From the IMG/VR virus record IMGVR_UViG_3300045988_149506: a stretch of 62,842 nucleotides of DNA; one strand, given 5' to 3'. The stretch comes from a virus. The position numbers and the translations under genes are program-made. Below, in pieces: positions 32,368-41,559 of this stretch. The notes below the pieces were generated by a model. The model made no database searches. It saw nothing but the letters and a program-made list of their open reading frames with translations, and had not been told where the DNA came from. Within the stretch, counting starts at the first letter, position 1. Every line of letters begins with the position of its first letter.

Positions 32368-33939
32368 TTAAGCAGCCTCCTGAATCTGCTCATCGGTCAC
32401 ACCGTTCTCAGTGAAGGTAGGACGAGATACACGAGCATGGGCATCTGGGAAGGTAAGTACCCAACAGCTATACTCCTCCATTACCACACCTGCGGTATTG
32501 CGAATCAGCAAGTCCTTGGCATTAAACTCATTTCGTGACCAAGTACCAAATACATACTTGTCGAGATAACGAGCATCCAAACAGAAGGCTCTACCATCCA
32601 TGCCCCAACTATTGAAGGCATCGTGGCGATAAATGAGAATTTTAGTTCCCATGCTCTCAAACTTCTCGAAGTCGAGTTTCCATCCCTGGTAGTCCTTTTC
32701 GGTCTGTGTAATGATGCGCTTGTTAGAGCGGAGGTTGGCAAATGCCTGATAAATCAAGTTGTCCACGAAGAGCAACTTGGTACGGCTAGAGTTACCTGCA
32801 CCCTTCAACATAGCAGCAATAAATGAGGTCAGCTCCTTCTCACTAATCACATATTCATATACCTGCTTCTTCACTACCTCAGTACCGCCATCATCACCCT
32901 TTGGAACGGTCACATCTGCGGTTACAGGCACAAGAGTGCCATCGGCTTGTCTAAACATCTTTGGCTCCCAGTGTCCAATCTGCAAATCCTTACCAGCTGC
33001 CCAGAAGATGCCACCCATGGTATAAACAAGACCTACATCCTTGCCACCATTCGACATAGAGCGATAGCCAAACAGTCCGCTCAGCTCCTGACCTTGGCGC
33101 ATATCGTCCATAGCCATCTTCTCCTGACGTGTGAAGTCCCACTGCACCTGGGTCTTGCTCATACGGTCGATAAGAGACTCCTCCACCTGCATGATGAATC
33201 GCTGGCAATACTGGAAGCTCTTGTCTGGCATAGAGTAGTAGCTACCAGTCTCTACCTCTTTTTCACCAGCAGCTCGTCCCAGGCGCATTACGACAGTACC
33301 TGCCTCAATATCCTCAGGAATATCCCGGTTACCACGACTGGCATTCTTTTTACCATTCAGCGCATAGCATGTAGGGTTTCCATCGTTATCTACCTCTGTT
33401 ACACGCAGCTGCAAAGGAATCATCGTGCTTCGGTCAGTACCGTTGTCCTGATAGCCCAGGCAGCTTTTAATCATAATGATGTCACCAGTACCAAACACTG
33501 TAGCATTTTCCACCGTTAGCTTTACAGAGCCACCGTTTGTAGTTTTACTTACCTTCACTGCAAGTTTGGATTTGATTGGTCGCTGACCGATGGAATAGTA
33601 CTCAATGCGGTTACTGTCCACAGGAGTCATTCGCTTCGAGGCTCGAAGAATCTGGTCGATTGGACAACTCTCCAGCTTCATTTCCACCACGGTAGGGTTC
33701 ACATGAGCCACATAGTAGTCCCAGTTGTTCATCTTCTCCTGTTGCTCTTGGCTTCCACCCTGCCACTTTGGACCCGTGCCACCTACACCTGGTCCATCTG
33801 TTGGACCTGTAGGACCACCGCCACCTTCACCTGCTGGAATATTAGGAGGAGTTTCTGCCATAGCATAAGAGTTGCCACCACTCAGAATCATGACGAAAAT
33901 CGCCATCATGAATCCAAACCATTTCTTAAACTGTTTCAT
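32368..33939 (-). CDS. Putative major capsid protein (HK97-fold-like) with an unusual hydrophobic N-terminus
   Basis: The gene follows the scaffold gene, and its size and overall sequence pattern look MCP-like. The N-terminus reads MKQFKKWFGFMMAIFVMILSGGNSYAMA followed by a Gly/Pro-rich linker. Confidence 0.5.
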   Translation of the reverse strand: MKQFKKWFGFMMAIFVMILSGGNSYAMAETPPNIPAGEGGGGPTGPTDGPGVGGTGPKWQGGSQEQQEKMNNWDYYVAHVNPTVVEMKLESCPIDQILRASKRMTPVDSNRIEYYSIGQRPIKSKLAVKVSKTTNGGSVKLTVENATVFGTGDIIMIKSCLGYQDNGTDRSTMIPLQLRVTEVDNDGNPTCYALNGKKNASRGNRDIPEDIEAGTVVMRLGRAAGEKEVETGSYYSMPDKSFQYCQRFIMQVEESLIDRMSKTQVQWDFTRQEKMAMDDMRQGQELSGLFGYRSMSNGGKDVGLVYTMGGIFWAAGKDLQIGHWEPKMFRQADGTLVPVTADVTVPKGDDGGTEVVKKQVYEYVISEKELTSFIAAMLKGAGNSSRTKLLFVDNLIYQAFANLRSNKRIITQTEKDYQGWKLDFEKFESMGTKILIYRHDAFNSWGMDGRAFCLDARYLDKYVFGTWSRNEFNAKDLLIRNTAGVVMEEYSCWVLTFPDAHARVSRPTFTENGVTDEQIQEAA

Positions 33940-33995
33940 AATCTGCTAATTTTTAAACTATTAATTATTAACTATAAATTCTTAATTGATAAGAG

Positions 33996-34808
33996 CTACA
34001 TTCCAACCATCTGGCTGTACACCTGTTCCGTCCGGCTCTTCTCCTTTGGAAGAGAAGGAGCACCACCGCCACCATTGATATTGATGTTCCTCTTGCCACC
34101 CTGTCTTCCATCATGCAGCTGCTTCTGTTGGTCGATTTTCTCGTTCTTGCCACGCTTGTAGCCACGTTCCTCGGCATCAGCCACAGCCTTGTCGAAGTCC
34201 TTTATTTGGAAGAGTCGCAAGAAGTCAGCCTTCTTCAAGCCATAACGAGCAGCACGCCATACGAATCCATCATCATCGTGGTCTTCGCCATCATCGCTGC
34301 GCTTATACATCCACTCTATCAAGTCCTTGATATCCTCGGGCTTAATCTTGGCTTCCTTCATGGCTGCATCAAGCTCCTTATCCTCTTGCTCCATGTTGGC
34401 TGCAAGAGTCTCCTTGCCCTTGGCTAGCTTCTCACTGGCTGCAAGCTTTTCCTTCTCGCTAGCCTTCAAGCGTTTCCTAGCCTCCTCGTCACCATTGATG
34501 GCTTCGATGTAGTCCTGTCCTAGCTCGTCTATCAAGTAGTCGATAAGGTTGAAGTCGCCACCGTCTGCATTTTTCTTGGTCACAAGACCTGTCACAAGCC
34601 CAGGCGCATGAGGATTTTCTTTCAGCATATTGTTGAAGTCGTCCATCCTTTTCTTGCTTTGGTCGTACTGGTCGTAATCGGTCGCAATTTGGTTAAAAAC
34701 AGCCTCATCATCGTCCATATTCAGGTCGGGATAACGCTGAGCAAGACGCTCTCTGAAAGAATCTCGCTTTGATTTAACATTCTGATTATCAATCGTTTCT
34801 TTTGCCAT
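33996..34808 (-). CDS. Putative scaffolding protein
   Basis: Acidic, helical, coiled-coil-rich 270-aa protein directly upstream of the capsid gene. Confidence 0.5.
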   Translation of the reverse strand: MAKETIDNQNVKSKRDSFRERLAQRYPDLNMDDDEAVFNQIATDYDQYDQSKKRMDDFNNMLKENPHAPGLVTGLVTKKNADGGDFNLIDYLIDELGQDYIEAINGDEEARKRLKASEKEKLAASEKLAKGKETLAANMEQEDKELDAAMKEAKIKPEDIKDLIEWMYKRSDDGEDHDDDGFVWRAARYGLKKADFLRLFQIKDFDKAVADAEERGYKRGKNEKIDQQKQLHDGRQGGKRNININGGGGAPSLPKEKSRTEQVYSQMVGM

Positions 34809-34834
34809 AAACGTTCGTTTTTAATATTTGTGTG

Positions 34835-34882
34835 CTAAATTAAGGAAAATTTCGCATTACTTTGTGATAAGTTCTGCATCTT
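34835..34882 (-). promoter_or_regulatory. Phage-specific promoter (minus strand), degenerate distal half: AAGATGCAGAACTT-ATCAC-N21-TAATTTAG
   Basis: Element at 34869-34882. The -7 box is the reverse complement of 34835-34842. The gap is 26 nt. Confidence 0.55.
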
Positions 34883-34902
34883 GGTGAATTAATTTTGTTG
34901 GC

Positions 34903-35337
34903 ATGAAACATCTAAATTCCATATCCGAAATTTACCTTAAAAGAGACCAGGAAATGCTTCTGCTCTTTCGTAAGGCCAAGAGGATGGTAGAATATCCTAC
35001 CACCATGGCTAAGATATGCGATTACATCGCCAAGATGCCAGCCTCTTGTTATTATCTCGCTGATAGCACAGCCTATCGGTATGTATGCAAACGCATCAAG
35101 GGGAAAAAGCCTAAGTTCGGCAAATACCAAGCCATGAAAGAAAAACTCTTCGAAGCCTTCTATCAGGATTTCTTGCGCCTTCGTCAGATGGAACAATACA
35201 AGGAATACAACACCAAGCATCTTGTGTATGTGTGCCTAGACCTCCCTGCGCCAAACTTGGGCATGGCTCCTAGATATATACAGATGAAAATCAACAATTA
35301 TTTCCGCAATAAGAAAACATCATTCATCACTCGATAA
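34903..35337 (+). CDS. Hypothetical protein (candidate small terminase by position only)
   Basis: 144-aa ORF at the head of the TerL operon. A -7 box TAATTTTG at 34890-34897 sits only 5 nt upstream of the ATG, so the true start may be an internal Met. Confidence 0.35.
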   Translation: MKHLNSISEIYLKRDQEMLLLFRKAKRMVEYPTTMAKICDYIAKMPASCYYLADSTAYRYVCKRIKGKKPKFGKYQAMKEKLFEAFYQDFLRLRQMEQYKEYNTKHLVYVCLDLPAPNLGMAPRYIQMKINNYFRNKKTSFITR

Positions 35338-35351
35338 AACTTTCATTCATT

Positions 35352-35831
35352 ATGCGTACATTATATATAACACTCCTCATCATCATCCTGATGGCTTTCA
35401 TCATTCCGCTGCACGCCAATCTTGCAGTGTCACCATCCTCGCCCCAATACTCCCATTTCGTTTACATGTTCGGTCATGCCAACTTCATCCATTGGGCTGT
35501 TAATGCCTGGTGCCTCCTCATGGTGCATCGTCTGTTTCGCTTTCATCGGGTGCTGGCTTCGTGGCTTGCATCCGTGGCTCTCTCCTTCCTCTATTATCCG
35601 TCCCTCCCAGTCTTGGGCGCATCGGTCATTATATCTTTCTTCATGGGTTTCACTGCTCCGTGGCTCTACAGGCGAAAACGCTTAGCCTTCTGGCAGATGC
35701 TCATCCTCCTAGTGATTGGATGCCTCCTCCCTCACATAGCCGGCATCTATCACCTCATCCTCTTCGCCATCGGATTCATCTATGCCAAGGCAGAAGGATT
35801 CATTCGCAAGTCTCAAAAACTCAACATTTAA
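35352..35831 (+). CDS. Rhomboid-like polytopic membrane protein
   Basis: HANFIHWAVN (H-x4-H-x3-N), VLGASVIISF (GxS) and PHIAGIYHLILFAIG (TM6-like His) spread over about 5-6 TM helices. Confidence 0.4.
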   Translation: MRTLYITLLIIILMAFIIPLHANLAVSPSSPQYSHFVYMFGHANFIHWAVNAWCLLMVHRLFRFHRVLASWLASVALSFLYYPSLPVLGASVIISFFMGFTAPWLYRRKRLAFWQMLILLVIGCLLPHIAGIYHLILFAIGFIYAKAEGFIRKSQKLNI

Positions 35832-35860
35832 CATTCAACACTCAACATTAAAAATAAAAA

Positions 35861-38044
35861 ATGCCAGTAGCAAAGTCTTTATTAAAGGTACGACCTCAGC
35901 AGCAGATTTCCGAAAAGAAGCTCAAAGAACTTCTAGAGGAAGATAAGAGAAGGCTCACAAGCCTCCTCGCTAGCTATCGTCCCATTACTGGAGAAAACGC
36001 CCCTGGTCTTCGTTTCGAGTGTGTCATTGAGGATTTCTTAAAAGGCAAGAAGCTTTGGCTTCCGGTAGAAATGTTGAAGGAAAAGAAGTTCTGCGCCATC
36101 ATCAAGTGCGGTTCCATCCAAGCCTTCTGCGAGAAGTATATGGCAGACCTGGATCAAGAAAAGGCACGCGATGCAGTATTCCGCTATCTCATCCGTCTCC
36201 GCTGCAAGCACGATTTCTATTTCTTCGCCTACGCCTATGCCCGAATCAAGAACAAGGATGGTGGCGATGATATACCTTTTCTTCTTCGCAATGCCCAGAT
36301 TAAGTTAGCCAAGGTCTTCGAGCAGTTGCGCCTTCATAGTCAGTACCGCTATATCCGTGTCATTCTCTTGAAGTGTCGCCAATGGGGTGGTTCTACCCTC
36401 ACCGACATCTACATGGCATGGCTGCAAATCTTCTGGAAGACCAACTGGAACAGCAACATCGTGGGTCACCAGTCTTCTTCTGCTACCCAGGTGTTCGATA
36501 TGTACGAGAAACTTATCAACGCCATCCCTACATGGCTCTTCTACGACATCGGGCAACCATTCAAACCTGATACTCGCAAGTTGAAGACTTCTGGCACCAT
36601 TCAGAACATCAAGTACCTCATCCCTCGTTCCTGCAAGATTCAGACTGGTTCGGCTCGTAACCCTGAGTCCTGTCGTTCCGGTGATGCTGCCCTCGCACAT
36701 ATCACCGAGGAAGCCTTCTTCCCGAATACTACTGAGTGGACCCCGGCAAAGGTTATCAAGGCTGCTTCTTCATCCATCCAGCCAGACCCTCTTACCTTCA
36801 TTGTCCGTGAGTCCACCCCTAATGGTCGTGAAAACGAGTTCCATGATGCTTGGGTAGCTGCCAACTCCGTGGATAAGGATGGCAAACCTCTCTCTGCTTA
36901 TACGCCTGTCTTCGTGGCATGGTTCGAGATTGAGAAATATGTACTCCCATTCGCCTCCGAGGATGAGCGTGCCGATTTCATCATCTGGCTGTGGAAGAAT
37001 CGCAATGACGAGCAAGGTCATGGAAAGTATTATTGGTGGCTCTACGAGTGCAAGGGCGCTTCCTTCGAGGGCATCCATTGGTACATCGAGAAGGCCAAGG
37101 AGTATGAGACTCTTGACGATATGCGTCAGGAGTTCCCTTCCGATGACGTGGAAGCCTTCCTGTTCTCTGGTACTACTGTCTTCGACCCTTACAAGTTGAA
37201 GGAGATGGAAGAGGACTGCAAGGGCATCGAGCCTATCATGGTGGGCGACATCGAGGGCGATTCCTACGATGCAGCCGACCCTGCTTGTATGAACAACATC
37301 CGTTTCGTGGAACGTTCCGGTGGACCTCTCAAAGTTTGGGCTGGACCCGACAACTCCGAGATTGTCAAGCATCGTTACGTTGTAGCCTGCGATATTGGTG
37401 GTTCACATAAAACCTCCGACTTCTCAGATATAGTAGTCTTCGACCGTTACGATGAAATCTACGGTGGCGTTCCCGAACTGGTAGCCGAATGGCATGGTCA
37501 CTGTGATGCCGACCAACTCGCCATGCGTTGCGCCCAGATTGCTCATTTCTTTAATGATGCCTTCCTGGTTATCGAGAACAATACCGCTTACTCTCGTATG
37601 AACAATACCGAGGGCAACCAGTCTGAGCTGTTCTTCCCTATCCTCATCCCTCTCTACAGCAACCTGTATAGTGCCTCCCAGTCCAAGCTGAAGAAGGTGA
37701 AGAATATCGAAATGAAATGGGGATTCAACACCAATAAGGCAACCAAGGTGGCAGTAGTGAAGACCATGGCACGCATCATCCGAGACGGTGGCTATATGGA
37801 GCGTGAGCTTGCAGCCATCGATGAATGCACCTACTTCCTCTACTACAAGCAAAACGACTGCTACGGTGCCATTGCTGGCAAGCATGATGACCGTGTTATG
37901 GCTAGAGCCATCGCCCTCTACGTAGAAAAGGACATGCCAGCCCCAGAAATCATCCCATTCCGTTCTAAGTCCGACATAGAGCGAGAACGCCTCCGCAACC
38001 GCCCTCCAGTAGTAGCCGAGTTAGCCGGAATAGGTGGCAGCTAA
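35861..38044 (+). CDS. terL: Terminase large subunit
   Basis: ATPase-like LLKCRQWGGSTL, nuclease-half YVVACDIGGSHKTSDFSDIVVFD and C-terminal GKHDDRVMARAIALY. Confidence 0.85.
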   Translation: MPVAKSLLKVRPQQQISEKKLKELLEEDKRRLTSLLASYRPITGENAPGLRFECVIEDFLKGKKLWLPVEMLKEKKFCAIIKCGSIQAFCEKYMADLDQEKARDAVFRYLIRLRCKHDFYFFAYAYARIKNKDGGDDIPFLLRNAQIKLAKVFEQLRLHSQYRYIRVILLKCRQWGGSTLTDIYMAWLQIFWKTNWNSNIVGHQSSSATQVFDMYEKLINAIPTWLFYDIGQPFKPDTRKLKTSGTIQNIKYLIPRSCKIQTGSARNPESCRSGDAALAHITEEAFFPNTTEWTPAKVIKAASSSIQPDPLTFIVRESTPNGRENEFHDAWVAANSVDKDGKPLSAYTPVFVAWFEIEKYVLPFASEDERADFIIWLWKNRNDEQGHGKYYWWLYECKGASFEGIHWYIEKAKEYETLDDMRQEFPSDDVEAFLFSGTTVFDPYKLKEMEEDCKGIEPIMVGDIEGDSYDAADPACMNNIRFVERSGGPLKVWAGPDNSEIVKHRYVVACDIGGSHKTSDFSDIVVFDRYDEIYGGVPELVAEWHGHCDADQLAMRCAQIAHFFNDAFLVIENNTAYSRMNNTEGNQSELFFPILIPLYSNLYSASQSKLKKVKNIEMKWGFNTNKATKVAVVKTMARIIRDGGYMERELAAIDECTYFLYYKQNDCYGAIAGKHDDRVMARAIALYVEKDMPAPEIIPFRSKSDIERERLRNRPPVVAELAGIGGS

Positions 38045-38076
38045 ATAGTTAGCAGCTAAGATAGTTTCCCCCTCTG

Positions 38077-38110
38077 AGCCTCCGTTCCAGGCGATTCCAT
38101 CGCCTGTCCA
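38077..38110 (+). terminator. Conserved hairpin element, copy C
   Basis: GCCTCCGTTC-CAGGCGAT-TCC-ATCGCCTG-TCC (stem 38088-38095 / 38099-38106), 33 nt after the TerL stop. Confidence 0.5.
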
Positions 38111-38140
38111 TATAAATTAATAATTAAAAGATAAAAGAAA

Positions 38141-38608
38141 ATGAAAAAAGTTTATCAAAATCATCTTCGCAAAATGCTGATAGCCATCTACCAGCCAGTC
38201 ATCACTCGTATCGAACTCTTCCGCTCCACTCGTATGTGGCAGAAGGGAGTAAAAGCCACGCTCGCCAAGTACAAGGAAGGTGGTGCGCCTCGCTTCTACA
38301 TGCTCTACGACCAGTCTCACAAGGATTGGGCTATCATGACCTACGACCCCAACCGCAAGGGTATGCTCGCCTACCGTCGCCTGGTGCAGCTTGGTAAGTG
38401 GAAGGCTACACGCTACTTCAAGAACGTGAAAGACATCAAGGCTGCATCCTTCTACTACACACCTTCCAAGTGGGGTGCCATCGGCTGCGATGCCGACAAC
38501 AAGGTTAGAGCCAAGAAGTTGAAGCAGTGGCAAGACTATTACATGTATCGTGTTTCCGTCCCGATGGAAAAGCTACGTTCCTACAAGAAGAAATATGGTA
38601 TAGCTTAA
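38141..38608 (+). CDS. Hypothetical basic protein
   Basis: 155-aa ORF. Confidence 0.65.
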   Translation: MKKVYQNHLRKMLIAIYQPVITRIELFRSTRMWQKGVKATLAKYKEGGAPRFYMLYDQSHKDWAIMTYDPNRKGMLAYRRLVQLGKWKATRYFKNVKDIKAASFYYTPSKWGAIGCDADNKVRAKKLKQWQDYYMYRVSVPMEKLRSYKKKYGIA

Positions 38609-38623
38609 GCCCTCACAAAACAA

Positions 38624-38667
38624 AAGGAAGAGAAAGCCATCACGGTCTCCTCTTCCTTATCTTTTTA
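38624..38667 (+). terminator. Terminator hairpin with T-run between convergent genes
   Basis: AAGGAAGAG (38624-38632) pairs with CTCTTCCTT (38650-38658) and is followed by ATCTTTTT. Confidence 0.5.
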
Positions 38668-38742
38668 CCTTTAAACTAAAACCTAAAAACAATCTACTAA
38701 CTAAAAACTTAAGAGTTTATTATGATTCTAAGAACTTTCCTT

Positions 38743-40800
38743 TTATGTGCCCGATGATGGCAAAGTTGCCAAGTCATTTACACCATCGCTTGCATCTTTC
38801 AGGTGTGTTGCTGGCGTACCTGTTTGCTGTTGTCCAGCTCCTGCTGTAGGTATTTCGCCATTCGCTTGCTGTTGCGCTTGCATCGCCTGTAGTTTCTCTA
38901 GCTGTTCCTTGAAGTACTTCTTCATTCGGCTTGTACCAGGGAATTGTCCTACGGTCAGCATAGTATATGGGTCCATCTTACCGCTAACCATCATCTGCCA
39001 AGCCATATCGTTATTAGCATTTCTGATAAGTGGGCTGTAAGCGCCCAAGTCGATTGAAACATCAAGGTCCATATCCCTCATGGTCTCCGGATTGAAATGT
39101 GTCTCGAAATCGTCCCCTGTCAGTTTCACGCTGTCCGCTGAGGTACAAAATTCCTGAATGAGGTACAGCTTCTTCTTGGCGATTCTCACCTTGAAGTTAT
39201 TGAAGCTCTCCACAAAATCTTGTATTGTGGTAGAAGAACTTTCCCTTTCCAGTTGGTATTGCTTACCGCTAGTGTTGCGATGAACGCCTTGCAGAGCACC
39301 CTGCACGCCTGTACCCTCACTTGCCATAGTTTTGGCGAAGTTAACCATGAAGTCAACTCCTGCCGGAATACTCTTGTTGACCAAAGTCTGCGGTGGCTTG
39401 CCTCCGTTGGCTGAGTTCCACAAGATGATGCTATCCGTCTTCACATAGTTCGCTTGCATTTCATCGATACTTTGTTTTTCGCTCAGAGCATTCTCATCCA
39501 CAAGCATCGTACCCTTTGCACCATTGGCAACAATGAAGTTTATCATCATCATATAGTGGTTCAAGGTGCGTTGATTATTCTCAGCACGCATCGAAAAACT
39601 TCTTACCTCGCCATTCAGACAAGGGTATGCCACGAAGGTATATGGCATGATGGAAGTTCTGAAACCGTCTCTCAGAACATAGTAAGGCGATTCTCTCGCA
39701 TCCAGCAGATAGCCATTCGGAGTTAGGTATCTTCTGTACCAATAGGTCTCAACCTCATCCTTCATTTCGATGGTCTTAAGCTCTGATGGGTCCACATAAT
39801 AGATAGGCTCACCGTTCTCATCGAGCACAGGCAGACCGTTCTCGTCCTTCATGATGTTGGCTTCCTCTAGCTTCCGCTTCTTCTCCTCGTAGAAAGCTCG
39901 TTGGTCAGGAGAGGCATATCCGCTAGTTCCTGCATCCCAGTCATGCACCCAGATGGCTGGTCTAGTCTCCTTCGTCCATATCTCCAATACCCTGTACTTG
40001 CCGATTACCGAAGAATGGGTGAAATCGTCTATCCCTGCATACTGCGCTTCACCATTCGGGTGATAAGTCTGCTCAGGAGCGAAATGATGCTGTGTCTGTA
40101 GATATATCTCGCTCAGTTTGTCCACCTCAGCCTTGCTTCCATCGGTGAAGGTGGCGATTATCTCTCGCCAAGTCAAATCGTGAGCCTCAGCGATAAATTC
40201 TATGTCGCTCAGGTCATACTTGAAGAAAGGTGGCAACGCTATCTTAAAGATGTCCACCATGTAGTCAAAGATGCCATTCTTGCCATCTTTCCTGCCATAG
40301 TAGGTTTTCATGCCCACGAAGGCGAAGACACAGAAGGCATAAAACATTCTGGCATCTAGCTCCTGCCTGTCGTTCAAGTTGTCGTTCTGACGAAGGTATT
40401 CATTGAGGAAATTGATATAGTCCTCCTCGTTGGGGTCAACGGCACTGCAAGAGGCTGTACTGCGCTGCTGGCGCACAAGTCCTACGAGAGAAAGCAGCTT
40501 GTCGCCTATCACATCATATTCCAGTATAGGCATACCCTTCATTTCCATATACTGACGGATGCTTATCTTTCTGCCGTTCCACTCTATCAGTTCTTCCAGC
40601 TGTCTGCCCATCACGAAGTCCTGCGCTCGCTTCCACTTCTTTCTCAGCTCTGCGCCATCATAGAAGTATTGGCAAGCCCATTCTATCAGCCGAAGGTTGC
40701 TGTCCGTCTGGGCAAACCGCTCCCTGCTCACTCCCTCCAGGGAGTCAGGTCCAGGCTCGGCATAGTTCGAAATATCATTTATAACACGATTATCTGGCAT
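38743..40800 (-). CDS. Putative portal protein
   Basis: 685 aa, adjacent to the terminase, with a Gln-rich C-terminal tail. The call rests on size and position. Confidence 0.6.
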   Translation of the reverse strand: MPDNRVINDISNYAEPGPDSLEGVSRERFAQTDSNLRLIEWACQYFYDGAELRKKWKRAQDFVMGRQLEELIEWNGRKISIRQYMEMKGMPILEYDVIGDKLLSLVGLVRQQRSTASCSAVDPNEEDYINFLNEYLRQNDNLNDRQELDARMFYAFCVFAFVGMKTYYGRKDGKNGIFDYMVDIFKIALPPFFKYDLSDIEFIAEAHDLTWREIIATFTDGSKAEVDKLSEIYLQTQHHFAPEQTYHPNGEAQYAGIDDFTHSSVIGKYRVLEIWTKETRPAIWVHDWDAGTSGYASPDQRAFYEEKKRKLEEANIMKDENGLPVLDENGEPIYYVDPSELKTIEMKDEVETYWYRRYLTPNGYLLDARESPYYVLRDGFRTSIMPYTFVAYPCLNGEVRSFSMRAENNQRTLNHYMMMINFIVANGAKGTMLVDENALSEKQSIDEMQANYVKTDSIILWNSANGGKPPQTLVNKSIPAGVDFMVNFAKTMASEGTGVQGALQGVHRNTSGKQYQLERESSSTTIQDFVESFNNFKVRIAKKKLYLIQEFCTSADSVKLTGDDFETHFNPETMRDMDLDVSIDLGAYSPLIRNANNDMAWQMMVSGKMDPYTMLTVGQFPGTSRMKKYFKEQLEKLQAMQAQQQANGEIPTAGAGQQQTGTPATHLKDASDGVNDLATLPSSGT

Positions 40801-40817
40801 AATTCTTAATTTTTCGC

Positions 40818-40899
40818 CAAAAATACCGCCTTTTTCTCACTTCTTAGTGATAAGTTGCGCAACTTAACATTACTTTCTCATATTTTCCCCTTATTTTTG
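40818..40899. promoter_or_regulatory. Bidirectional phage-specific promoter centred on the perfect palindrome AAGTTGCGCAACTT
   Basis: Palindrome at 40852-40865. The minus -7 box TATTTTTG is the reverse complement of 40818-40825, and the plus -7 box TATTTTTG is at 40892-40899. Both are exactly 26 nt from the palindrome. Confidence 0.65.
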
Positions 40900-40930
40900 T
40901 TCCGAATTTCATTTAAAAACGTTTTTAAGT

Positions 40931-41401
40931 ATGAGTAAATCAATAAATGTTCACGAAGCCTGTATCATCACCAAGGATGATAAAGGCAACCTCTCCCTGG
41001 TAGGCAAGGCAAAAGAAGCCCTCACCACCTTGAAGAAGAATAAGGTTTCCGTCTGCATTCTTCTCTGTGACAACAAGAAGGAGGATGTAGAAAAGTTCCT
41101 TAACGATAATAACGTGCCTTTCGCCTCTCTCTCCACCAAGCAGGAGACCGATAAGGATGGCAACACCGTGCATGTTGACCCACCAAAGGCAGATGTCACC
41201 ATCATGCCAAGTTCCAAGGTCATCACTCTCCGAGACGATTGGCAGTGGTGTCTAGACGATATTGCCCACCGTCTTTGGGGCGAGAAAAAGAAAGAAGCAC
41301 CCAAGAGTGAACAGCAGAGCATGGATGAAGCCATGAAGCGTTACATCGATTGGGCGAAGCCAAAGAAGGCAGAAGACAACGGACCCACTCAGCTAGGTTA
41401 A
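40931..41401 (+). CDS. Hypothetical protein
   Basis: 156-aa ORF divergent from the portal gene. Confidence 0.6.
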   Translation: MSKSINVHEACIITKDDKGNLSLVGKAKEALTTLKKNKVSVCILLCDNKKEDVEKFLNDNNVPFASLSTKQETDKDGNTVHVDPPKADVTIMPSSKVITLRDDWQWCLDDIAHRLWGEKKKEAPKSEQQSMDEAMKRYIDWAKPKKAEDNGPTQLG

Positions 41402-41480
41402 TCATCGCTCCAACATCTTCAAAACACGATTTTCATTTTTTATTAAAAATATATTTGGAATTTAGAATTTATGACTATCA

Positions 41481-41520
41481 AAAAGGGACTCGCTGTGAAG
41501 CAAGTCCCTTTTCTTTTTCT
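41481..41520. terminator. Bidirectional terminator hairpin
   Basis: AAAAGGGACT (41481-41490) pairs with AGTCCCTTTT (41503-41512) and is followed by CTTTTTCT. Confidence 0.6.
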
Positions 41521-41559
41521 GAGTATCGAGTAAGCCCTCGTAGCTTTTATCATGCCGGG

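Noticed and set aside
36305-37885. Minus-strand ORFs (131, 200 and 153 aa) inside the terminase gene
   Set aside because: They are antisense to a gene with clear TerL motifs, and their translations are featureless.
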